A DNA stretch of 64,000 nt from Dehalococcoidia bacterium (GTDB lineage: Bacteria; Chloroflexota; Dehalococcoidia; Lucifugimonadales; UBA3495), in NCBI GenBank assembly GCA_030740155.1, contig JASLXV010000008.1:1-64000 (forward strand), given 5' to 3'. The notes under the pieces are model-generated. The model made no database searches and was not told where the DNA came from. It worked only from the letters and a program-made list of their open reading frames with translations. Shown in pieces: positions 9,631 to 18,550 of the stretch (position 1 is the first letter of the stretch; each line of letters opens with the position of its first letter). A program made the translations under genes and the position numbers.

Positions 9631-11139
9631 TCAGTAGGTGAACAGGGGCCGCCGGGAGCGCCGGGCCGCGTGCGCGAGGTCCACGAGCAAACGGGCCGCC
9701 CACTTGTAGATGTTGTTTTCCCGCACGGTGGAGCGCATGCTGACCATCCGCGAGCGGCGCTCCTCGTAGGGCATCTCCACGGCGCGATAAATGACGTCGG
9801 CGAAATGTTCGGTGGCGTATGGGTTGACGATGATCGCTTCGGTCAATTCCTGGGCCGCGCCGGTGAACGGACTCAGGATGAGGACGCCGTCTTCGTCGAA
9901 GCGGCTGGCCACATACTCCTTGGCCACCAGGTTCATTCCGTCGTGCAGTGAACTCACGACGCAGAAATTGGCCAGCCGGCGCAGCGCCATCAAGGTGACG
10001 TCGGGCAGATCGTCGGGCATGTAGATAATGGGCTTCCAGCCGAGGCGGGCGAACCGGCCGTTTATCTTCTCCAGCAGTTGATCGATCTGCTCGGAAAGCT
10101 CCTGATAAGCGTCGATATTGACCCGGCTCATCACCCCGGCTTGGATGAAGACCACCTTGCCCACGTATTCAGGGTGTTTTTCGAGAAAGCGTCCCACCGC
10201 CCGGAAACGGTGGGGGATGCCTTTGGTGTAGTCTATTCTATCGATGCCGAGGCCAACCACCTTGCCGCCCAGGTTCAGTTCATCGGTAAGACGCTCCATC
10301 TCCTCGGTCACGTCGTCGTTCTGGGCATCCCGGTTGATCTGCTCGAAATCGACGCTGATCGGGAACGGCCGGACGACCGTGGGCTCGTTTCGGTATCTGA
10401 CCAGGTTGTACTCTCCGTCCACCATCGCATTCGTGAACCGGGCCGCGGTGTTCAGAAAGTTGTTACAGTGATCCCCGATGTGGAACCCCAAGAGGTCGTT
10501 TCCCAGCAGCCCGTCCAGCAGCTCGGTTTGCCAGGGGCAGATCCGAAAGATCTCGGGACTGGGCCAGGGGATATGCCAGAATTGGCCGGTTACGATATTG
10601 GGGTCGGCATTCCGGATGAGGCGGGGTAGCAGCGCCAGGTGATAGTCCTGGGTGAAAACCGCCGCCGGCCGGCCGTCGATTTCTTCCAGCACCTGATCGG
10701 CGAACACCTGATTGACGGCCTTGTAGGTCTCCCAATCATTGGCGTCGAAGGCGGGCTCGATATAGGCGTTGTGGCACAGGGGCCAAAGAGCCTCGTTGGA
10801 AAATCCGTAGTAGTAGCCCCGTTCCTCTTCTTCGGTCAACCAGACCAGGCGCATGGTGTACCGTGGATCATCCGGAGGGACCATGACCCGGTTCTTGTCA
10901 TCTACCGCGTACCAGTCGCCATTGCCGCCCCCGTGGGCGACCCACGACCCTCCGCACTCCTGCATCAGCGGGTCCAGCGCCGTTATCAGCCCCCCCGAGG
11001 GGACCACGTATCGCAGATCTCCATCGATCAGGTTGTGGATGTAGGGTTGGCGGTTGGAGACGACGATCAGATGATAGTCCCCCATCTCCCGCCTGGCCAA
11101 CCTCTGTAGATCCTCTTTGCCCCAAACCGGTACGCTCAT
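9631..11139 (-). CDS. otsA: trehalose-6-phosphate synthase (GT20)
   Basis: VSNRQP, GGL, QDYHL, FWHIPWP, DRIDYTKGI, DGMNLVAKEY. Confidence 0.92.
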   Translation of the reverse strand: MSVPVWGKEDLQRLARREMGDYHLIVVSNRQPYIHNLIDGDLRYVVPSGGLITALDPLMQECGGSWVAHGGGNGDWYAVDDKNRVMVPPDDPRYTMRLVWLTEEEERGYYYGFSNEALWPLCHNAYIEPAFDANDWETYKAVNQVFADQVLEEIDGRPAAVFTQDYHLALLPRLIRNADPNIVTGQFWHIPWPSPEIFRICPWQTELLDGLLGNDLLGFHIGDHCNNFLNTAARFTNAMVDGEYNLVRYRNEPTVVRPFPISVDFEQINRDAQNDDVTEEMERLTDELNLGGKVVGLGIDRIDYTKGIPHRFRAVGRFLEKHPEYVGKVVFIQAGVMSRVNIDAYQELSEQIDQLLEKINGRFARLGWKPIIYMPDDLPDVTLMALRRLANFCVVSSLHDGMNLVAKEYVASRFDEDGVLILSPFTGAAQELTEAIIVNPYATEHFADVIYRAVEMPYEERRSRMVSMRSTVRENNIYKWAARLLVDLAHAARRSRRPLFTY

Positions 11140-11343
11140 CACCCTACCACTCCAGCCCGAAGAACATTCGGGGGCCATCAACCCTACCCCTTACCAATTG
11201 GTCCAACTCTGGGGGAAACGCCGTTAGGGGGGAACTAAAATAGGAACCGGTTTCCCGGCGTCGTGGGGAGCACAAAAACACTCCAAATATTTTGTCACAC
11301 TCCGTCGCAAAGGTCAAACGGCCGGCACGCCTGTGGCGAAATA

Positions 11344-11372
11344 TTGACACGTTGTTCACACATATGTACCAT
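11344..11372 (+). promoter_or_regulatory. sigma70-type promoter
   Basis: TTGACA-17 bp-TACCAT upstream of gene at 11449. Confidence 0.6.
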
Positions 11373-11448
11373 ACCGGCGCCTCGGCGGCTATTGGCCCGC
11401 TTGCCGCGGAGGGATGAACCTTAGAATCAACGCTAGCAAGGAGGCAAC

Positions 11449-12378
11449 GTGACCGCCAGCAAGCCCCGCCAAACACTGCGCTTGATGGAGACCTGGCACA
11501 GCCTTTTCTACACACCGATCTACGTGGCCGTAGCCGGGGGATTCCTGGAACAAGAGGGCTTGGACGTGACTTTCACCACCTGCCCTCCCAAGTTCTCCCA
11601 TGCCCTTGACGCCTTGATCCACGACGGGGCCGACATCGCCCAGAGTGGCATCATGCGAGGCATCATCGCCTTCGGCTGGGGAGCGGAGACGGTGCCGGCC
11701 CACATCGCTAAGATCAACGCCCGGGACGGGTTTTTCTTGCTGGGCCGCCGGCCCCAGGAAGAGTTCGACCTGGAGTCCCTCCGGGGCGCGTCGTTGATAC
11801 CGATCTCTTTCACGGACATGCCCTGGGCCTCCTGCCAGTTCGCGCTACGCCGGCTCGGTGTGGATCCGGCCCGTTTGAAGCTGGTGCCGGGACTGTCGCT
11901 GGACCAGGCGACGGCCGCGTTTGTTGGAGGGGAGGGGGATTTCATCCACCTGCCACAGCCGGCGGCCGAGCAACTGTTGACCTCAGGGCAGGCCCAGATG
12001 GCCGTGGCATTGGGTCCGGTCATCGGCCACGTGGCCTACTCCTCGTTCTGCGCTACCAACAGTTTTCTGGATGCCAAGCCGGAGGTGGCGGCCGCGTTCG
12101 TCCGTGGCTTCGCCCGGGCGCTGGGCTGGATAGCCGGGAACGATGCCGCGGCGGTTGGCGACGCTGTTGCCTCATTCTTCCCTGACATCGACAAGGAAGT
12201 GGTCGTGCTATCGGTGGCCAGGTTGAAGGACCAGGAAACCTGGCCCGCCGACCCGCGGCTGGACCGGCCTGAGTTCGAAGCGCAGCAGGATATCTTGCTG
12301 GATGCTGGACTGGTAAAGGCGCGTCAGGAATACGACCGGATCGTTCGCCCCGAGTTCTACCAGGCTTTGCAGGGCTGA
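11449..12378 (+). CDS. NMT1/THI5/SsuA-like binding-fold protein without signal peptide
   Basis: SLFYTPIYVAVAGGFLEQEGLDV N-terminus typical of the family; AAGGAGG SD. Confidence 0.75.
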   Translation: MTASKPRQTLRLMETWHSLFYTPIYVAVAGGFLEQEGLDVTFTTCPPKFSHALDALIHDGADIAQSGIMRGIIAFGWGAETVPAHIAKINARDGFFLLGRRPQEEFDLESLRGASLIPISFTDMPWASCQFALRRLGVDPARLKLVPGLSLDQATAAFVGGEGDFIHLPQPAAEQLLTSGQAQMAVALGPVIGHVAYSSFCATNSFLDAKPEVAAAFVRGFARALGWIAGNDAAAVGDAVASFFPDIDKEVVVLSVARLKDQETWPADPRLDRPEFEAQQDILLDAGLVKARQEYDRIVRPEFYQALQG

Positions 12379-12616
12379 ACCCCGGAGGGCTCCGGGGGAC
12401 TACCCCGTTCCGCCCGGCCCACGCCGGCTGAGTCCCGGGGCGCCGTTCCCCGCCGGCGGTCCGCTGTTCGAGTCCGCGTGAGCCGTTCCAGCCTTTCCTA
12501 GAATGGTGTAAGATAAGTCGTACAAAAGCTTCTACGTCGTAGGTGCGGGCGCTTCGTGCCTAGGCCCTGCCGGCGTTTCTTTTGGGCCTCGCTATACGCC
12601 CTTCACGGAGGTACCC

Positions 12617-13642
12617 ATGGCCAAGGTAGCTATCGTCGGCACCGGTCTGATCGGAACATCACTCGCCCTCGCGCTGCGGCAGTCCCACCTGAAGAACCTA
12701 GAGGTAGTGGGCACCGACTATGACCATGCCGCCAGAGGAGGCGCCCATAAACGGGGCGCTTTTAATAAGGTCGAGAACCGGTTGAGTTCGGCGGTCCGTG
12801 ACGCGGACATAGTCATCATGGCCATACCAGTTATGGGGATGCGGGACCTGCTGGAGACGCTGGGCCCGAACTTGGAGGATGGCTGCGTGGTGACCGACGT
12901 TGGCAGCTCCAAGAAGATGGTGCTGGAGTGGGCCGACGAATTCCTGCCCAAGGGTGTGGATTTCGTCGGCGGGCACCCGATGGCTGGGAAGGAAGCCTCT
13001 GGCCCGGAAGCTGCCGATGCGGCGCTGTTTCGCGATCGGGCCTACTGCATAGTCCCCAGTCCTCGGGCCCGTCAGGCCGCGGTTTCCGAGATAACGACCC
13101 TTGCCGAGGCCATCGGCGCCCGCCCCTTCTTCATCGGCGTGGACGAGCATGACAGTTTCGTGGCGGCCGCCAGCCACCTCCCCTTTCTGCTGTCCGTGGC
13201 CCTGGTCGGCTGCACCTCCAAGAGCGCGAATTGGGAAGACATCGCCCAGTTGGCGGCCTCGGGTTACACCGACGTCTCTCGCCTGGCATCGGGGGACCCG
13301 GCCATGCACCGGGATATATGTGTCAGCAACCCCGAACCAATCGTGGCCTGGATCGACGCTTTCATCCGCGAACTCCACGCGGTCCGGCAACTGCTGGACA
13401 GCGAGGGCGGTCCCAATAATGATGAGGTCCACCAGGTTTTCGAGAAGGCATTCGTCGCCCGTTCCATGTGGCAGTCCGGAGCGTTGAATCCTCAGGTCCG
13501 GCGGGCAGGCTCCCACTCGGATATTCCGTCCTTCGCCGAAACCATGGGCGATATGTTCGTGGGTCGGTTGGGGCGGCGGGGGATGGAAGCCCAAAAGAAG
13601 CTATTCAAAGAGACGGACGGTTTCGGTCGCAAAAAAAAGTAG
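12617..13642 (+). CDS. tyrA: prephenate dehydrogenase
   Basis: GTGLIGTS, DVGSSK, GGHPMAG, HD...SHLP, RLASGDP. Confidence 0.92.
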   Translation: MAKVAIVGTGLIGTSLALALRQSHLKNLEVVGTDYDHAARGGAHKRGAFNKVENRLSSAVRDADIVIMAIPVMGMRDLLETLGPNLEDGCVVTDVGSSKKMVLEWADEFLPKGVDFVGGHPMAGKEASGPEAADAALFRDRAYCIVPSPRARQAAVSEITTLAEAIGARPFFIGVDEHDSFVAAASHLPFLLSVALVGCTSKSANWEDIAQLAASGYTDVSRLASGDPAMHRDICVSNPEPIVAWIDAFIRELHAVRQLLDSEGGPNNDEVHQVFEKAFVARSMWQSGALNPQVRRAGSHSDIPSFAETMGDMFVGRLGRRGMEAQKKLFKETDGFGRKKK

Positions 13643-13760
13643 CGGCGGGGCCGCCCTTCAACGTTCGGCGCCGGGCCCCGGGTCGCTGACCCGCGTTCGC
13701 GCTCCGGAGAGGTGGAAACCCATTGGTGCTCGATCAACGGGCACGGGGAGGTACGGGGCA

Positions 13761-15080
13761 TTGCAGAGGACGGTCCAACGTCCCGCCTTTTTGGGTGGGA
13801 CCCTCGCCGTGCCCGGGGACAAGTCCATCTCCCACCGGGCCCTTATCTTGAACGCAATGGCCCAGGGTGATGCCCTGGTCACCGGTCTTTCCGATGGCGA
13901 CGACGTCATCTCCACCATGACCTGCCTCAAGGCATTGGGCGCCGTTATTGAACCGGGCCAACAGCCGGGCGCCGTGGTGGTACGCGGCGCCGGCCAGGGA
14001 TTGGGAGAACCGGCGGACATCTTGGACGCCGGCAATAGCGGCACCTCCATGCGGCTTCTCTCCGGCCTCTTGGCGGGCCAGCCCTTCCTATCGGTGCTGA
14101 CCGGCGACGCCTCCCTCCGTGCCCGTCCCATGGGCCGGGTGGTGCAACCGTTGCAACAGATGGGAGCCCAGATACTCGGTCGAAGCGACAACACCCTGGC
14201 CCCCCTGACTATCCGCGGCGGGTCCCTGCGAGGCATCGAGTACACCATGCCCGTGGCCAGTGCCCAGGTTAAATCCAGCATCATGCTGGCCGGGCTGTCA
14301 GCCAATGGCGACACCATCCTGCATCAGCCGGCGCTTTCCCGCGACCATACCGAGCGCATGGTCACGGCCATGGGGGCAGCCGTCGAAGCCGATGGGTTGA
14401 CGCTGGTGCTGCATCCGGCCCAGCTCAACGCGGTGGATATCGCCGTGCCGGGGGATATCAGCTCAGCCGCCTTCTGGCTGGTTGCCGGTTTGTGCCACCC
14501 CAATGCCCGCATCCTGGTGCGAGGAGTGGGCCTCAATCCCAGCCGCACCGGGATACTCGAGGCGCTGCGGGCGATGGGCGCGGGGACGAACCTCCGGCTG
14601 GTGGAGGAACGCACGGCCGGTGGAGAGCCGGTGGCGGATATAGCGGTGCAATCAGGCCCCTTGAAAGGAATCGAACTCGGAGGAGATATTATCCCTCGGA
14701 TACTGGACGAACTGCCGGTGCTGGCGGTGGCTGCCTGTTTTGCCGAGGGTACCACGGTAATTCGCGACGCCGCTGAACTTCGGGTCAAGGAGTCCGACCG
14801 TATCGAGACCACCGTCAGCGAGTTGCGCCGGCTGGGCGCACGGATCGAAGCCCGGCCGGACGGTATGGTGATCCAGGGTAACGGGCGCCTCTCCGGAGCG
14901 GCGTGCCAGAGCCACCGGGACCACCGGCTGGCCATGGCCTTGGCGGTGGCCGGGGTCCTGGCCGGCGGAGAGACCGCCGTCGCCGGGGCGGACGACGCCA
15001 CGGTGTCCTACCCAGGCTTCTGGAAGCACCTGGCCCAACTCTGCGGCGAGGATGACGCAGATGAGGGGGCGACGGTCTAG
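13761..15080 (+). CDS. aroA: 3-phosphoshikimate 1-carboxyvinyltransferase
   Basis: PGDKSISHR, GNSGTSMR, ASAQVKS, RVKESDR, DHRLAM. Confidence 0.96.
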   Translation: MQRTVQRPAFLGGTLAVPGDKSISHRALILNAMAQGDALVTGLSDGDDVISTMTCLKALGAVIEPGQQPGAVVVRGAGQGLGEPADILDAGNSGTSMRLLSGLLAGQPFLSVLTGDASLRARPMGRVVQPLQQMGAQILGRSDNTLAPLTIRGGSLRGIEYTMPVASAQVKSSIMLAGLSANGDTILHQPALSRDHTERMVTAMGAAVEADGLTLVLHPAQLNAVDIAVPGDISSAAFWLVAGLCHPNARILVRGVGLNPSRTGILEALRAMGAGTNLRLVEERTAGGEPVADIAVQSGPLKGIELGGDIIPRILDELPVLAVAACFAEGTTVIRDAAELRVKESDRIETTVSELRRLGARIEARPDGMVIQGNGRLSGAACQSHRDHRLAMALAVAGVLAGGETAVAGADDATVSYPGFWKHLAQLCGEDDADEGATV

Positions 15081-15701
15081 GTGCGGGATATGCCGGACAT
15101 CAAAACCGGGACACCGCTTCTGGTGGTTCTGTCCGGGCCGTCCGGGGTCGGCAAGGACGCCGCCCTGACCGGACTGCGGAAGCTAGACCGGCCCTGGCAC
15201 TTCGTGGTGACCGCGACCACGCGTCCGCAGCGTCCGGGGGAGCGGGACGGAGTGGACTACATTTTCCTCGACCAGGACACCTTCCTCGGCATGAAAGAGC
15301 GGTGTGAGTTCCTGGAGTGCGCCGAGGTTTACGGACGCTGGTACGGGGTGCCCCGCAGCCAGGTCGGCGAGGGGTTCGAGGCTGGGAACGACGTGATTCT
15401 CAAGGTGGACGTGCAGGGAGCGGAGACGGTCCGGCGGCTGGCGCCCGAAGCGGTGTTTATCTTCATGGTGCCCGGTACCTTCGAAGAGCTGGAACGGCGG
15501 TTGACCCAGCGCATGACCGAAAGCCCCCATGAGTTGGAGTTACGCCTGGGTGTCGCCCGCGAGGAGCTTGCCCGGGTCAACGAGTTCGACTACCGGGTGA
15601 CCAACTGCGACGACTGCCTGGACCAGGCCGTGGCGGACATCGCCGCCATCATCTCCGCCGAGAAGTGTCGCGTGGTCCCTCGAAGCGTCCAACTCTCTTG
15701 A
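15081..15701 (+). CDS. gmk: guanylate kinase
   Basis: SGPSGVGKD, TTRPQRPGERDGVDY, YG. Confidence 0.95.
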   Translation: MRDMPDIKTGTPLLVVLSGPSGVGKDAALTGLRKLDRPWHFVVTATTRPQRPGERDGVDYIFLDQDTFLGMKERCEFLECAEVYGRWYGVPRSQVGEGFEAGNDVILKVDVQGAETVRRLAPEAVFIFMVPGTFEELERRLTQRMTESPHELELRLGVAREELARVNEFDYRVTNCDDCLDQAVADIAAIISAEKCRVVPRSVQLS

Positions 15702-15800
15702 AACCGGCGCCCTCTGGCCGGGAGGGGCGTGCCTCTTCCCGGGCGAAACGGCTCCTGAAGGGACGTGCTTGCCCAAGGTCTTGGCGTCAATGGTGAAGTG

Positions 15801-16703
15801 ATGGCGGAGCGAGGCGGGAGAGCTGCCAGCAAGCCCAGGTTGCCGGAGTGGCTGAAAGTACGGGCTCCGGGCAGCCCTCGCTACCTGGAGCTGCAACAGG
15901 TGCTGCGAGGCCACCAGTTGCACACGGTCTGCGAGTCGGCCCGCTGCCCCAACATCGGTGAGTGCTGGGAGTGGGGCACCGCGACCTTCATGATCCTGGG
16001 CGATATCTGCACCCGCCGCTGCCACTACTGTGCCGTCACCACGGGCCGTCCCACGGGGATAGACCTCCTGGAACCCACCCGCCTGGCGGAAACGGTTAGA
16101 ACGATGGGACTCCGTTTCTGCGTCATTACCTCGGTCAACCGGGACGACCTGCCCGACGGCGGCGCGTTTATCTTCGCCGCCTGCATCAAGAAGGTCCGCC
16201 AACTGGCCCCCGGCTGCAAGATCGAAGTCCTGATTCCCGACTTCGAGGGTTCATACACGGCACTCAAGAAGGTTGTCGAAACCCGCCCCGAGGTGCTGAA
16301 CCACAACATAGAGTCGGCCCGGCGCATCTTCCCCAAGGTGAGACCCAAGGGTGACTACCGGCTCTCTGTGGAGCTGCTGGCCAGAGCCAAGGAGATCGAT
16401 CCGGCGACGGTCACCAAATCGGGGATCATCGTGGGCCTGGGAGAGACCACGAAAGAGGTGCTGGAGACCATGGAAGATTTGCGGGCCGTGGGCTGCGACC
16501 TGCTGACCATCGGCCAATACCTGCGCCCGTCCGCCAAGCATATTCCGGTGGCCCGGTTCTACGCCCCGGACGAGTTCGCCGAGCTACAGGGAGCCGGAGA
16601 AGCCATGGGCTTCAAGCACGTGGCCTCGGGCCCGCTGGTTCGCAGCTCCTACCATGCCGACCAACAGCACAGCGCGGCGACAACCCGCGCCGCGGAAAAC
16701 TGA
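15801..16703 (+). CDS. lipA: lipoyl synthase
   Basis: CESARCPNIGEC, CTRRCHYC, VRSSYHA. Confidence 0.96.
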   Translation: MAERGGRAASKPRLPEWLKVRAPGSPRYLELQQVLRGHQLHTVCESARCPNIGECWEWGTATFMILGDICTRRCHYCAVTTGRPTGIDLLEPTRLAETVRTMGLRFCVITSVNRDDLPDGGAFIFAACIKKVRQLAPGCKIEVLIPDFEGSYTALKKVVETRPEVLNHNIESARRIFPKVRPKGDYRLSVELLARAKEIDPATVTKSGIIVGLGETTKEVLETMEDLRAVGCDLLTIGQYLRPSAKHIPVARFYAPDEFAELQGAGEAMGFKHVASGPLVRSSYHADQQHSAATTRAAEN

Positions 16704-16769
16704 CGAACACCCGGGTTTCACCGGGAGGACCATGGCGGCGCGGTCAATGACGTAGGGAACCGCCGGCCG

Positions 16770-17062
16770 CTAGGCTTGGCTGAGGGACAAATCGCTTCTC
16801 AGGCCGCGAAGCGTCTTTACCTCGCCGGACATCCGCCCCAGGGTTTTTGCCCCGCAGGCGTGATCCGTAAGAGGCCCTCACCAGTTTCCACGATAAGGCT
16901 TCCCTCGCAGAGGATGGAAAGGTACTGGTGAAGCTGGGCGTCGCTCAGATCGCAGCTGTCCATGACCGTGGTCTTGTTGAGGCCACCGTTGTCGCAAGTC
17001 GAGAGTATATCGTAAACCACCTCAACACTGGAGCGATGGGCGCCGGTCATCGAGCTTGACAT
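16770..17062 (-). pseudogene. small winged-helix (HTH_45-like) regulator, probably frameshifted near the C-terminus
   Basis: RSSVEVVYDIL...KTTVM...LSDAQLHQYL...ITPAG; shifting at the A5 run (16844-16848) gives helix-like TLGRMSGEVKTLRGLRSDLSLSQA to TAG 16770; unshifted stop at 16817. Confidence 0.55.
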
Positions 17063-17259
17063 AAAAAACCCCTCGGAGCATCTTCAACGTCCATTTGCTC
17101 GCCCACCCATCTCCAGCGGCCCACCGGAGGAGAGCCGTCGCGCCCCACACCCGCCCCGGTCATCCTCCTCGGCGCCTGACCGGACTCACACGACGTTGAC
17201 GCCCCCTGCTTCGGGCAGCGGGTCGATCGCGAGAGAATGCGGCCGGACCTGTTCCAGAA

Positions 17260-17289
17260 CTGGGTTCTATAGATTGACATAGAACCCAG
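17260..17289. repeat. perfect 11-8-11 inverted repeat
   Basis: CTGGGTTCTAT-AGATTGAC-ATAGAACCCAG. Confidence 0.8.
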
Positions 17290-17567
17290 CCACCAGACAG
17301 CGTCACGAAGCCGTGCGTCATTTACCGGCAAGATTCTCGAGTTGCGGGTCTGGCTAAAGGGTAGCCTTGAAGAGGAACTCAGAACAGCGCGCCATCCCTC
17401 AGTTTCGTGCGGGTTGGAGTGCAATTGCTCGTGGCGCCGATTCGCCCGAGTTGAGCAGAGAGGGGTGGGCAGGCAGTGGGGCGGCGCCGTGACGGCCGGT
17501 AGATTGGAGCAACGGTGCGTGCCCCAATTTGGCAGGGCGAAAGCCGGAGAGGCAACCGGCCCGCATC

Positions 17568-18380
17568 CTATCCACTCGATGGCGGCGTTTCAGTTGACCT
17601 TCCTATCGGTGACTCTTTCCGCTCGTAGCCCCGGGGGGTGACCATGAAACCCTGATGAGAGTAGCTGGTGGAATTGCCGATCACCACGGTAGTGACCATG
17701 TCGATTGCTTGGCAATGCTCTTCAAGGTGTTGCAGGTCCGTGAGCGTTATCCGCTGCTCCGGTCGGTAGGCCTCCCGCACGACCCCGACGGGCGTCTGCC
17801 CGGAGCGGTGCTCCAGCAGGATACGGCGGGCTTCCAGCAACTGCCAGTCGCGCTTTCGGCTACGGGGGTTGTAGAGGGCGACCACGAAATCGCCTCGGGC
17901 CGCCGATTCCAGCCGGAGGCGGATCGTGTCCCAAGGGGTCATCAAATCGCTGAGGCTGATAGCGCAAAAGTCCTGCATCAGCGGTGACCCCAGCAGCGCG
18001 GCCGCGGCTTGCATCGCCGATACCCCCGGTACTACCTCCACCGGCGGGGTTTCCCCGTCCCAGCCCCGGTCCACCAGTACCTTGAAGACGGGGCCAGCCA
18101 TCCCGAAGACACCGATGTCGCCCGAAGAGACCACTGCTACCCGGCGTCCCGACGACGCCAGGTCCACGGCTACGGCCGCTCTCTCCATCTCCTGGGTCAA
18201 CTCCATCGCGACCAACTGTTTGCCGTCGAGCAGGTCCCTCACCTGATCCACGTAGGGCCGGTAGCCGACCACCACGTCACATTCCGCCAAGGCGGTCAGG
18301 GCGGCCGGTGTCAGCTGTTGACGGGCGCCCGGCCCGAGTCCCACCAGGTAGAGCTTGCCGTTCCCGCTACTTTTTACCAT
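17568..18380 (-). CDS. cbiH: cobalt-precorrin-3 C17-methyltransferase
   Basis: LYLVGLGPG, VSSGDIGVFGMAG, ISLSDLMTPW, LYNPRS, TPRGY; ATG 18380 with AAGGA SD. Confidence 0.92.
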   Translation of the reverse strand: MVKSSGNGKLYLVGLGPGARQQLTPAALTALAECDVVVGYRPYVDQVRDLLDGKQLVAMELTQEMERAAVAVDLASSGRRVAVVSSGDIGVFGMAGPVFKVLVDRGWDGETPPVEVVPGVSAMQAAAALLGSPLMQDFCAISLSDLMTPWDTIRLRLESAARGDFVVALYNPRSRKRDWQLLEARRILLEHRSGQTPVGVVREAYRPEQRITLTDLQHLEEHCQAIDMVTTVVIGNSTSYSHQGFMVTPRGYERKESPIGRSTETPPSSG

Positions 18381-18396
18381 CGACCCGTCCTTGATT

Positions 18397-18546
18397 GCCA
18401 CAGAGACACGGAGGCACAGAGATTAGAGGATAAATCTACTGATGCCGTGCGTTAGCATAGTGGAGCGGATTGTGCCCGGTGACCTCTTCGCTAATTTCAT
18501 TTGACCCTTAAATCTCCGTACCTCTGTGCCTCTGTGCCTCTGTGGC
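18397..18546. mobile_element. ~150 bp MITE-like element with 25 bp terminal inverted repeats
   Basis: GCCACAGAGACACGGAGGCACAGAG (18397-18421) vs reverse complement of 18522-18546, 23/25 identical; AT-richer core. Confidence 0.55.
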
Positions 18547-18550
18547 TAGC

